Positions 1-8,023 of a DNA stretch of 35,415 nt are shown piece by piece (the stretch's first letter is position 1; the number at the start of each line of letters is the position of its first letter). The stretch lies in the NCBI GenBank assembly GCA_044356335.1, contig JBIKWL010000056.1:1-35415 (forward strand). Reading direction: 5' to 3'. Position numbers and translations under genes: made by a program. The notes below the pieces were generated by a model. It worked only from the letters and a program-made list of their open reading frames with translations. It was not told the DNA's origin and made no database searches. The DNA is from Candidatus Sericytochromatia bacterium (GTDB lineage: Bacteria; Cyanobacteriota; Sericytochromatia; UBA7694).

Positions 1-224
1 GCATGAATTTGGAATATGAAGCGGATGCCGCTGAAGAAGACGAAGATCATGATGAAGCTTTGGGCGAAGAGTCGGATTCTTCGGTCTCTCTGATCATGGA
101 TAGCAGCGAAGACTTTGATCTCTCCGATGCGGATTCAGACGAGAGTGAAGATGACGATTATTATGACACCGATTCAGATTTTGACGGTGACTATGATGAT
201 TCTGGGGGCGATAGCGGATTCTGA
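1..224 (+). CDS. 3' end of a CDS (5' truncated by window edge); C-terminal tail extremely rich in Asp/Glu/Ser (polyanionic low-complexity tail)
   Basis: Open frame 3 runs from the window edge to TGA at 222-224. Translation is DAAEEDEDHDEALGEESDSS...DDDYYDTDSDFDGDYDD, a coherent acidic low-complexity composition typical of real disordered tails. No function assignable. Confidence 0.4.
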   Translation, partial: MNLEYEADAAEEDEDHDEALGEESDSSVSLIMDSSEDFDLSDADSDESEDDDYYDTDSDFDGDYDDSGGDSGF

Positions 225-310
225 TTCCTGAGCAGCCCCTGGGGCTGTCGCGGTTTGAAGCTGCAAGGGCCTTAGAAGAACGGGAGCCCACAGCCGCAAA
301 ACAGGCTTAC

Positions 311-2341
311 TTGGCCCTGTACAAGGATTTTCCCCATTTTCCCAATCTGGCTTTTCGCTTGGGGCTTTTGTCTCAGGCTGAAGATCCTGAAATGGCGCAG
401 GTTTATTACCAACAAGAATTGGAAATACACCCCCAATTTTGGGCCTGTCGCAATAATTTGGCCCTGGTCTTACAAGCCCAGGGCCAAATTTCTGAAGCCA
501 AGGCACAGTTTGAATGGGCCCTGGCAGATTGCCCAGAACCCATCGCCCAGGCCCGAATCTGGGAAAGTCTGGGGGATTTGCTCAAAGTCGAAGCCTCGGC
601 AGAGGCGATACGTGAGGCCTTAAGAGCCTATCAAAAAGCCCATGAAATTTCACCAACCCTCTCTCGGCTATATTGGAAAATGGCTCAAATTTGGCGGGCC
701 CAAGGCCAGTTGCAGTCAGCGATTCAGCTCCTGCAAAAGTTGAGCTATTTGATTCCCGAGCGCGCTTCAGTCTGGTTGGCTTTGGCTGAAATACAAACAG
801 CCAATTTGCAATATAAATCGGCAGAAGAGAGCTTGGAAATGGCTCTCAAGCGAGAGGCCTCACCCCAAGAAAAGGCCAAGATTTGTCTGCAATTGGCTCA
901 CGTGCAAAGTGAGGCAGGAGATCTGAGTCTGGCTGAGCGCTCATTGCAAAGGGGCCGCCACTTTTTCCCACAAGATGGATTTAAGCTGGCCCAACTGTCC
1001 CTTTTGCCCCCGATTTATCAAAGCCAAAGTGAATTGGAGCAGACGCGTCGGAATTGGGAAATGGCCTTAGAGGCACTGGCTGCCGAGGCTGAGCCCCTTC
1101 AAATAGCAGATCCCGTGGCTGAAGTGGGTTCTCTGCCATTTTATCTGCCCTATCAGGGCTATAACGACTGCCATGCCCTGAGTTTGCTCAGCGATATTTA
1201 CACCCGTTTTTTACCCCCACAGCCCGGATTGCCTCCTTCAGCCAAGAGCGGGCGCCTCAAAGTGGCCGTTGTCTCACATTATTTTCATACCCATTCACTG
1301 ATGCAGTGTTTCGGCGGCATAATTGAAAATCTGAAGCGTGAACGCTTTGAACTGGGCTGTTTTTCGCTTTCACCCCTGCTGGCCGATGCGACCACATCAA
1401 GATTGCGCCAAAGAGCCGATCATTGGTGTGAATTGCCCCCTTCTCTTGCGTCTCAAATTCAGACCCTTCTAAAATGGCAACCGGATATATTGCTCTATAC
1501 CGATTTGGGGCCCCATTTGCCCACCTGGCTTTTAGGGCAATACCGCTTGGCTCCCGTTCAATGGGTCTTTCCCGGCCATCCGGTTACATCAGGTTCAGCC
1601 CAGATCGATGGATTTATCAGCAGCATATGGCTCGACAGCCCCGAAGGCCAAAGCCATTACCGCGAAAAACTACTGCGCCCAGAGATCTTGCCAACGTTTG
1701 TGAATCCCCCCCTTCTTCCCCCGCAGCAAAATCTTCGCGCCAAATGGGGCTTAACGGCCAAGCAAAATCTTTATCTCTGCCCTGTCAGTTTGTTTAAGCT
1801 GCACCCGGGGATGGATGCCCTCTTTGCTGAGATCTTGGCCCAAGATCCCCAAGGCCTGATTCTGCTGCTGGATCGTCCCCAAAGTGGCTTGGATACAATT
1901 CTAAAGGTGCGCTTTCAAAACAGCCTGGGCAAATTGGCTGAGCGGATCTGGTTCTTGCCTTGGCTCAACCCGGATGAGTTCTTGCTATTGCTGCTCAATG
2001 CAGAAGTCTATTTGGAAACCTTTCCCTTTGGCAGTGGTACCACACTGTTTTCGGCCTTTGCCTGTGGTATTCCGGTTGTGGCCCTGGCCCCAGAATTTGC
2101 CCGGGGCCGTTTTGCTGCCATGTTTTATCAGCAAATGGGTCTGGGAGATTTAATTGCATCCGATCGCGCTGATTATCTTAAAAAGGCCCAAAATTGGGCG
2201 ACAGATCCCGATCTTCGGACGGCGATCCGTCAGCGGATTTTGAGTCACAATTACCGCATTTTCCTGTATCCACCTGCTTTGGACGCCTTTGAACAATCCC
2301 TGCTAGACGCCCATCTTGCAGCGGGGGGACGTAGTCTCTGA
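311..2341 (+). CDS. TPR-repeat protein with C-terminal glycosyltransferase family 41 (O-GlcNAc transferase/SPINDLY-like) domain
   Basis: The N-terminal ~330 aa show TPR-like helical repeats (AQVYYQQELEIHPQFWACRNNLALVL..., YWKMAQIWRAQGQLQSAIQL...). The C-terminal half matches the OGT catalytic domain pattern (RLKVAVVSHYFHTHS..., NLYLCPVSLFKLHPGMDALFAEIL..., FPFGSGTTLFSAFACGIPVV). The start is uncertain: frame 2 is open from 215, the TTG at 311 is the first start-like codon, and the first ATG is near 386. Confidence 0.75.
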   Translation: MALYKDFPHFPNLAFRLGLLSQAEDPEMAQVYYQQELEIHPQFWACRNNLALVLQAQGQISEAKAQFEWALADCPEPIAQARIWESLGDLLKVEASAEAIREALRAYQKAHEISPTLSRLYWKMAQIWRAQGQLQSAIQLLQKLSYLIPERASVWLALAEIQTANLQYKSAEESLEMALKREASPQEKAKICLQLAHVQSEAGDLSLAERSLQRGRHFFPQDGFKLAQLSLLPPIYQSQSELEQTRRNWEMALEALAAEAEPLQIADPVAEVGSLPFYLPYQGYNDCHALSLLSDIYTRFLPPQPGLPPSAKSGRLKVAVVSHYFHTHSLMQCFGGIIENLKRERFELGCFSLSPLLADATTSRLRQRADHWCELPPSLASQIQTLLKWQPDILLYTDLGPHLPTWLLGQYRLAPVQWVFPGHPVTSGSAQIDGFISSIWLDSPEGQSHYREKLLRPEILPTFVNPPLLPPQQNLRAKWGLTAKQNLYLCPVSLFKLHPGMDALFAEILAQDPQGLILLLDRPQSGLDTILKVRFQNSLGKLAERIWFLPWLNPDEFLLLLLNAEVYLETFPFGSGTTLFSAFACGIPVVALAPEFARGRFAAMFYQQMGLGDLIASDRADYLKKAQNWATDPDLRTAIRQRILSHNYRIFLYPPALDAFEQSLLDAHLAAGGRSL

Positions 2342-2407
2342 GCTTGAGAAAGTGGCCAAAAGCAAACGGCCCGGAAGTCATTCCGGGCCGTTGATTGGGT
2401 CTCAGTT

Positions 2408-3427
2408 TTAGACCTTAAATCTGGAATCTTCAATGCTGGAGGGGAATTCCAAAGTGGGCAATGTCAGGCGGAAGAAGGGTTCTTTGCTGCCAGCCTCGTT
2501 GTACATTTCCCAAAGCACAATCCCGTAAGTCTCAGGATCATAGCCAATATGCTCATGGGTCACGCGGCTGTCCATGGTATTGGTGCCAGAGGTGGTCATT
2601 TTAAGAATCTGAATCTTTTTGCCGTTTAAGGTGGTCGCGCCAATTAGTTCAGCCTCATAACCAGAGGACATGCGGCGAACCACACCGAAGAAATCGGTAT
2701 CATCCAAAGGATAACCATTATTGGACACCACGCGCTCATCTTTTTTATCCAATTCGGTGGTGACAAAGCTCAAATTGCCACCGGGGCGAATTTTGATTTT
2801 GCTGCCAACACCTGAGTTATACAGCACTTTGGCACCAGAAGCGCCTGAAGATGAGAAAGAAACTTCAATTTTAACCATATCGGGCTGTTTGGTATACATG
2901 GTCAACTTATTCGTGGTAACTTTGCCGGTCTTGAGATTTTTCTCAATTTTTTCAACCGAGGCCTGAATAAATGGGGCAGATTTGACTTTCTCGAGCAATT
3001 TTTTGAGCTCTTGGGCACCGCGCTCTTTGGCACTCAATTTGGGGGGCGTTGTGGTAACCGGTTTGGTAACGGTGGGTTTAGAGGGCGTTGTTGTGCCCGT
3101 TACTGGTTTGGGGGTTGTGGTCCCTGTTGTGGGCTTTGTTGCTGTCCCTGTACTGGGTTTGGTCGGTGTGGTAGGTACAGGCAAATCGTCGTCTGCAGCA
3201 CGCAATTCCAAGGCATCAATCTTGGTCTTGATATCTTCAAGCCCTTCCATGATTTTGGGCAGGGTATCTAATAACTTTTGCGTTGTGGGATCGATGGTGG
3301 TCGAAGTCTGTAACGCGGGTGAAAGGTCTGTGGGATCTTCTTTGCTGCCGCAACCCGGTAAAAGTACCGAGGCAGATAGCATTGATGCTGTCAAAATGCG
3401 GAACAGTGCAGGGCGAAGGGTCATCAT
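2408..3427 (-). CDS. Lipoprotein, paralog A: lipobox signal peptide, short amphipathic helix, Thr/Pro-rich tether, conserved ~190-aa beta-rich C-terminal domain of unknown function
   Basis: N-terminus MMTLRPALFRILTASMLSASVLLPGC carries a lipobox. The helix LPKIMEGLEDIKTKIDALE is followed by a (TTPTKP)-like linker. The C-terminal domain aligns along its length with the neighbouring gene 3543-4544 (TNKL...VKIEV...YxSGVGxKxKxRP...LSFV.T.LDKxDER...PLDDTDFFG...SSGY.A.L.G...GxKxxILK...YEHIxYDPxTY...EMY...GxKEPFFR). Confidence 0.7.
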   Translation of the reverse strand: MMTLRPALFRILTASMLSASVLLPGCGSKEDPTDLSPALQTSTTIDPTTQKLLDTLPKIMEGLEDIKTKIDALELRAADDDLPVPTTPTKPSTGTATKPTTGTTTPKPVTGTTTPSKPTVTKPVTTTPPKLSAKERGAQELKKLLEKVKSAPFIQASVEKIEKNLKTGKVTTNKLTMYTKQPDMVKIEVSFSSSGASGAKVLYNSGVGSKIKIRPGGNLSFVTTELDKKDERVVSNNGYPLDDTDFFGVVRRMSSGYEAELIGATTLNGKKIQILKMTTSGTNTMDSRVTHEHIGYDPETYGIVLWEMYNEAGSKEPFFRLTLPTLEFPSSIEDSRFKV

Positions 3428-3542
3428 GACTTCGTCTTTTACTCCCCAGAATTATTAATAATAGGTTATCTTTAGTTAATTATAGTTTAAGGTGAAAGAA
3501 GCTTGCTTCAAATTTTGAGAATAAATTGTATTTGCTTATATT

Positions 3543-4544
3543 CTAAAGCTTGAAGGTACTTTCTGGCAAAGAGTCGAGGTACTCAATGCTGGGTAACACA
3601 ATTCGGAAAAAGGGCTCTTTGCCACCACTTTTATCATACATCTCCATCATGCGAATGGCATAGGTCTGGGGATCATATGCAATATGTTCGTAGGCAATCT
3701 GGGCATTTAAGCTGTGGGTGCCCTCGGGAACTACCTTGAGAATGTTTACTTTATTGCCAGCCACGGTGGCGGTGCCAAGCAAAGTGGCTTTGTATCCAGA
3801 TGACAGGCGTTTGGTGGCGCCAAAGAAATCGGTGTCATCCAGTGGGAATTTATTCACAGAAATCAGGCGCTCGTCGTTTTTGTCGAGGTCGGTAACGACA
3901 AAACTCAGTGCCCCTTGGGGACGGACCTTGACTTTGGCACCTACCCCAGAGGTGTAGAGAATTTTGGTTCCGGGGGGGCTTTTGCTTGATTGCAACACTT
4001 CAATTTTAACAGTATTGGGTTGACGCGTGGAGAGCTTGAGCTTATTGGTCACAGTACTGCCATTTTGCAGGTGTTTTTCGACTTTTTCAATCGTACATTG
4101 AACCGCACCTGCAGAGGTAAAGGTACTCAGCACCTTCATTAACTCAGCTTGGCCTTTTTCTGAGGCACTGGGGGCAGCCGGTTTGGCGGGGGCTTTAACG
4201 GGAGCGGTCGTTGTTGCTGGTTTGCTGGGAGTGCGAGCAGGGGTTGTGGTGGGTTTGGTACCGGAAGAGGCAGGGGTAACCGCAGGAGCAGAGGGCTGTG
4301 TCGTCGCTGCCACGGGTTGAACTTCGAGGGCCACAATGCGGGCCTTGATATCGTCGATGCCGGCCATGATTTTGGGTAAACTAGCCAAAATCTTATCGGT
4401 TTGGGCATTGTTTGCGGGGGTTACTGCGGTTGATGGCGTCAATGGTGCGCTGGGCAATTCTTCAGAGCCTGTGCCACAGGCACTCAAAATCAAACTACTG
4501 GCCAAAAAAACTGAACTTATCCGGGGCCAAATGGATGAACGCAT
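3543..4544 (-). CDS. Lipoprotein, paralog B of 2408-3427 (tandem duplication): lipobox, conserved helix, Pro/Thr/Ala-rich tether, same C-terminal domain
   Basis: N-terminus MRSSIWPRISSVFLASSLILSACG carries a lipobox. LPKIMAGIDDIKARIVALE matches the paralog A helix. The tether is PAAPSASE/TTTPARTPSKP-rich. The C-terminal domain is colinear with paralog A. An SD-like GGAGAG lies 8 nt upstream of the ATG. Confidence 0.7.
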   Translation of the reverse strand: MRSSIWPRISSVFLASSLILSACGTGSEELPSAPLTPSTAVTPANNAQTDKILASLPKIMAGIDDIKARIVALEVQPVAATTQPSAPAVTPASSGTKPTTTPARTPSKPATTTAPVKAPAKPAAPSASEKGQAELMKVLSTFTSAGAVQCTIEKVEKHLQNGSTVTNKLKLSTRQPNTVKIEVLQSSKSPPGTKILYTSGVGAKVKVRPQGALSFVVTDLDKNDERLISVNKFPLDDTDFFGATKRLSSGYKATLLGTATVAGNKVNILKVVPEGTHSLNAQIAYEHIAYDPQTYAIRMMEMYDKSGGKEPFFRIVLPSIEYLDSLPESTFKL

Positions 4545-4657
4545 ACTCTCTACTCTCCAGGGCCTGATCTTCAGGCTTTTGATACAAGTCTTATCCCTGT
4601 TTGGGATTGCAAACTTGCAAGAGAAATATTAAATTAAATCAAAGACAAGGATAAATA

Positions 4658-5380
4658 ATGGTCAAGATACAAAAATTCAGTTTTTTTCGTGTCGGTATAT
4701 ATTTGCTTTTGAGTCTGGTCGTGTGGCTAACCAAACCGACAGCAGCGTTGTCCCAAACTGAGCCAGACCTTTTGCCTTTGCTCAGAGAAATCATCGCCGA
4801 AGCTTACCCCGAACTCAATGACATCACACTCACAACGGGGAATTTTTCAGAAAGTGACAGTTTTTTTCAAAGCAATTTTGAGCCTCTGAGTTTGTTTTCG
4901 GAGCAACCCATTTATCGGATTGAAGTCAATCCACGTATTTGGCTGCTTAACCTTCCCCCTTTGGCGCTTAAAGCCGTTTTGGCGCACGAATTGGCCCATA
5001 CCCGCGATTATCACTTGGGCAAAAACGCGGGAGTGAATCGTTTGCAAAATGTCCTCTGTGTGATCAATCAATTGCGGTTCTATGAAAGTTTACGCAAATA
5101 CGAACACCGTACAGATCTGCAAGCCATTTTCAGGGGCTATGGAAAGGGCTTAAAGCAATACCGTGAATGGCTTTATCCGCACCTCAATGCCGAAGAGTTG
5201 GTGCGCAAGCAAGAAATATATTACTCTCCTGTGGAAATAGAGGCCCTGATGCAGGCCCTCAGCAGCAGCGAAAGAGTAGGCAAAAAAAACGAACTTTTGA
5301 ATTATTGGCTGGAGCAAGTGCCGTTAACTCTGACTGAAATTCAAATGGGACTCAGTCGGTTTGGCCTGGTGGGTGTATAA
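4658..5380 (+). CDS. Secreted or membrane-anchored hypothetical protein with an HExxH motif (possible small metallopeptidase-like protein)
   Basis: AAGGA lies 6 nt upstream of ATG 4658. The hydrophobic N-terminus is FFRVGIYLLLSLVVWL. The motif LKAVLAHELAHTRDYH contains HELAH. No family confidently recognised. Confidence 0.5.
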   Translation: MVKIQKFSFFRVGIYLLLSLVVWLTKPTAALSQTEPDLLPLLREIIAEAYPELNDITLTTGNFSESDSFFQSNFEPLSLFSEQPIYRIEVNPRIWLLNLPPLALKAVLAHELAHTRDYHLGKNAGVNRLQNVLCVINQLRFYESLRKYEHRTDLQAIFRGYGKGLKQYREWLYPHLNAEELVRKQEIYYSPVEIEALMQALSSSERVGKKNELLNYWLEQVPLTLTEIQMGLSRFGLVGV

Positions 5381-5398
5381 GCGGTCAGGCGTTGCTGA

Positions 5399-6178
5399 TT
5401 AGGGGGTTTGAGCACAGCCTTCATACGTGCTGCCCCGGAAAGAAATCGTGGTTTTGAAAGCATAATTTTGGGCCCCATCTTGGCAGGGCTCTTTGCTCAA
5501 GGTCACTTGCATGGCCTCGGTTTCGGGGGAACGATAGCGAAAGGTGTATTTGGACTGGTTTCCGTTCTGATCTGGGGCTTGCCAGAGCAGGCTTTCGACA
5601 ATTGGGAATTCCCCTTCCATAGATTTAAAATAGACCGTATTTTTGGTCAAAACCCGCAAGGTCCATTCGGGGCTGTGTCCAAAAGCGACAAAATCGCTTT
5701 TAAAACAGGTGCCGCTATTTAGCCAGGACTGTACCACCTTTACCGTCTTCACGCTCAGGGATTTGCGGTAGCCAGAGGCAAAGCCCTCACCAGAGGTCAA
5801 CGGGGCCATTGAGCCTGTGAGTTCAACATAGACAGGTTCGAGATCGATCAGGCCTTTGAGCGCTGCGTGGCGCTTGAGTAATTCTCCGTTGGGATCTTCA
5901 ACCCAGATTTCTTCTTTGCTGCCACAGGCCTTAAACAATTGCAGGCCCTCTCCGGCCATAAACAGGCCCTGAAAGATGCCGACTTCGGTAACGGGATCTG
6001 GGGCACCAGAAGCTTTAAGTTTGGTGGGTTTGGCAGAAGCGATTGGGTCATTGCTCCCAGTTATGGTTGAGGCTGAGCTAACCGGCCCAGGAGAGGAGGA
6101 AGCTTGGGTGTTCTCTTCGGTAGGGGGGCAACCGCAAAGCAGCAAACAAATGAGAAGCAAGCCCAATTTTAAACGCAT
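5399..6178 (-). CDS. Hypothetical lipoprotein (start moved to the ATG preceded by a perfect SD)
   Basis: The ORF track start at 6205 is GTG. A perfect AAGGAG lies 6 nt before the ATG at 6178 (minus), giving MRLKLGLLLICLLLCGCPP, a lipobox-type signal. The mature part is Ser-rich, then a Cys-containing globular domain. Fold family not recognised with confidence. Confidence 0.55.
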   Translation of the reverse strand: MRLKLGLLLICLLLCGCPPTEENTQASSSPGPVSSASTITGSNDPIASAKPTKLKASGAPDPVTEVGIFQGLFMAGEGLQLFKACGSKEEIWVEDPNGELLKRHAALKGLIDLEPVYVELTGSMAPLTSGEGFASGYRKSLSVKTVKVVQSWLNSGTCFKSDFVAFGHSPEWTLRVLTKNTVYFKSMEGEFPIVESLLWQAPDQNGNQSKYTFRYRSPETEAMQVTLSKEPCQDGAQNYAFKTTISFRGSTYEGCAQTP

Positions 6179-6353
6179 TCTATTCTCCTTTTTCAGACCA
6201 CCCACTACTGTTGCATACTAACTCCAATTGCCTCGGTTCGCCAAGTTTGTTCTTACGCTTTGGGCCTGTATTGCGATTGAACTGCGACAGTGGCAGACTG
6301 AAGTCACAGGGTTTAGAAACGCCCACCCAGTTAAACGAAAAAGGAAACTGCCT

Positions 6354-7541
6354 ATGGAGCTGAGTTTTGTTTTGGGTTGGCTCATCTCTGCCTTCTGGTT
6401 GGGTCTGATTTGGCGTCTCTTTCAACCCGCCATTCAGACTTCCTTTGAATTGGAACCTTCGGCTTGTGCTTATCCAGAGCCAGAGAGCTGGCCAAAAGTT
6501 TCGATTGTGGTGCCTGCTCGCAATGAGGCTCATGCCATTTCAGCTTGTCTGGAAAAACTCCTGGCTCAAGACTATCCCCATTTGGAGATCATTGCTGTCA
6601 ATGATCGTTCCCAAGATGCCACTGGGGAATTGATGACAACCTGGGCAAACCAAGATGATCGCTTAAAAGTTCTCACCCTTACAGACAAACCGGCTGATTG
6701 GCTGGGCAAAACCCATGCCCTCTGGCAAGGGGTTCAATCTGCATCCGGTGAGTGGCTTTTGTTTATGGATGGGGATATTTTTCTGGCTCCCGACTGCTTG
6801 AAGCTGGCTGTGCGTTTTGCCGCAGGGCGCAAAGTGGATCAACTCAGTTTGTTTCCCGACTTTCTGCCTGGCGGCTATTGGGAAAATCTGTTTATCTGCC
6901 ATTTTGGAATTATGTTTTTTTCGGTTTACGATCTTTCAGGACTTGCGGATCCTCAGCGCAAAAACAGTTATACGGGGATCGGTGCCTTTGGACTTTTCAA
7001 GCGGGAAAGTTATTTGGCCTGCGGCGGTCACCAAACCCTGGCCCTCGAGGTGATCGATGATGTGCAATTGGGGCGTTTGCTCAAACGCGAAGGGTTTAAA
7101 ATTAGCGCGCTTTTTGCCCGACAGCGTGTCCAATTGCGTTGGCATCAGGGCGTCAAAGGCCTGTTTAAAGGTTTGGAAAAAAATGCCTTTGCAGGGATTC
7201 GCTATTCTTGGTCTCTTTTGCTGCTCTTTACAGCCACCGTGGGGGCATTTTATCTTTTGCCCTATCTGGCTCTATTGCTCTGGCCAGACCTGCGCAGCAG
7301 TGGGTATGCAACGGCTCTGCTGCTGTTACATGGCCTCTATTTTGTTAAAGGACAAGAATTCTGCAAAAATCCCTGGATCGGTCTGGCTGCCCCTCTGGGA
7401 GCTGTACTCAATTTGGCCACATTTTGGCATTCTGCCCTCAAAACCCAATTGCAAAAGGGCGTTTATTGGCGGGAGGACTTTTACCCTCTCAAAGCCCTTA
7501 AAGCCCAGATGTATCGTGGCAAGCGCTTGACAAAGCCTTGA
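6354..7541 (+). CDS. Membrane-bound family-2 glycosyltransferase with Q/RxxRW motif (ceramide-glucosyltransferase/HpnI-like processive GT2)
   Basis: AAGGAA lies 7 nt upstream of ATG 6354. The N-terminal TM helix is MELSFVLGWLISAFWLGLIW. The GT-A core is SIVVPARNEAHAISACLEKLLAQDYPHLEIIAVNDRSQD...LFMDGDIF. QRVQLRW matches the QxxRW motif. Hydrophobic C-terminal TM segments are present. The track start at 6228 is a TTG without an SD and is rejected. Confidence 0.8.
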   Translation: MELSFVLGWLISAFWLGLIWRLFQPAIQTSFELEPSACAYPEPESWPKVSIVVPARNEAHAISACLEKLLAQDYPHLEIIAVNDRSQDATGELMTTWANQDDRLKVLTLTDKPADWLGKTHALWQGVQSASGEWLLFMDGDIFLAPDCLKLAVRFAAGRKVDQLSLFPDFLPGGYWENLFICHFGIMFFSVYDLSGLADPQRKNSYTGIGAFGLFKRESYLACGGHQTLALEVIDDVQLGRLLKREGFKISALFARQRVQLRWHQGVKGLFKGLEKNAFAGIRYSWSLLLLFTATVGAFYLLPYLALLLWPDLRSSGYATALLLLHGLYFVKGQEFCKNPWIGLAAPLGAVLNLATFWHSALKTQLQKGVYWREDFYPLKALKAQMYRGKRLTKP

Positions 7542-7613
7542 GAATCACCTATTCTCGAATCTAATTTCCAGCTATTTTACTCGGATCCAAAAATTTGCGA
7601 AAGCAGGGCCACC

Positions 7614-7955
7614 ATGGAAGTTACCAAAGAAGATAAGACATTTAGTGCGATTGCTCACTTGGCCCCTTTGTTTGGCTATTTGATCGGTTTTGGCCAATTG
7701 CTGATTCCACTGGCCATTTTGCTGATCAAAACCGATTCCCCGTTTATTCGAGAGCAGGCCAAAGAGTCGCTTAATTTTCAGATTTCCATGACCCTCTATT
7801 GCATTGGGGCAGGGATTCTCTGTCTGGTCTTGATAGGCTTTTTGATCTTGCCCGTGCTCATGATCTTTGGGCTCGTAACCATGATTCAAGCCACCTTAAA
7901 AGCCAATGAAGGCGAGTTCTACCGCTATCCTCTTTGCCTGCGCTTGGTCAAATAG
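7614..7955 (+). CDS. Small integral membrane protein, DUF4870-like
   Basis: AIAHLAPLFGYLIGFGQLLIPLAILLIKTDSPFIREQAKESLNFQI matches the DUF4870 pattern (helix, basic/acidic loop with PF(V/I)R.(H/Q)AKQ, second helix). Two predicted TM helices in 113 aa. Confidence 0.55.
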   Translation: MEVTKEDKTFSAIAHLAPLFGYLIGFGQLLIPLAILLIKTDSPFIREQAKESLNFQISMTLYCIGAGILCLVLIGFLILPVLMIFGLVTMIQATLKANEGEFYRYPLCLRLVK

Positions 7956-7979
7956 CATCCCTCATTGGTTGTGAGCGGA

Positions 7980-7988
7980 TGGTATACT
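7980..7988 (+). promoter_or_regulatory. Extended -10 element (TGG TATACT) upstream of valS
   Basis: TGgTATACT lies 36 nt upstream of the valS ATG. No good -35, which is tolerated for extended -10 promoters. Confidence 0.3.
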
Positions 7989-8023
7989 ACTTTTCTTGAA
8001 ACTCACTCACGCAACGAGGCCCT

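Noticed and set aside
1474-1797. 107-aa ORF in an alternative frame inside the OGT-like gene
   Set aside because: It is embedded in a longer ORF with clear domain content. It is Arg/Pro-rich, typical of an out-of-frame GC-rich translation.
3040-3190. Short nucleotide repeats (GGTTTGG/GTTGTGG) considered as possible CRISPR or minisatellite
   Set aside because: They are in-frame coding sequence for the Thr/Pro-rich tether of the lipoprotein on the minus strand. There are no spacer/repeat regularity and no cas genes.
6228-6353. TTG-initiated 5' extension of the GT2 gene
   Set aside because: There is no RBS. The downstream ATG at 6354 has AAGGAA at optimal spacing and begins directly with the TM helix.
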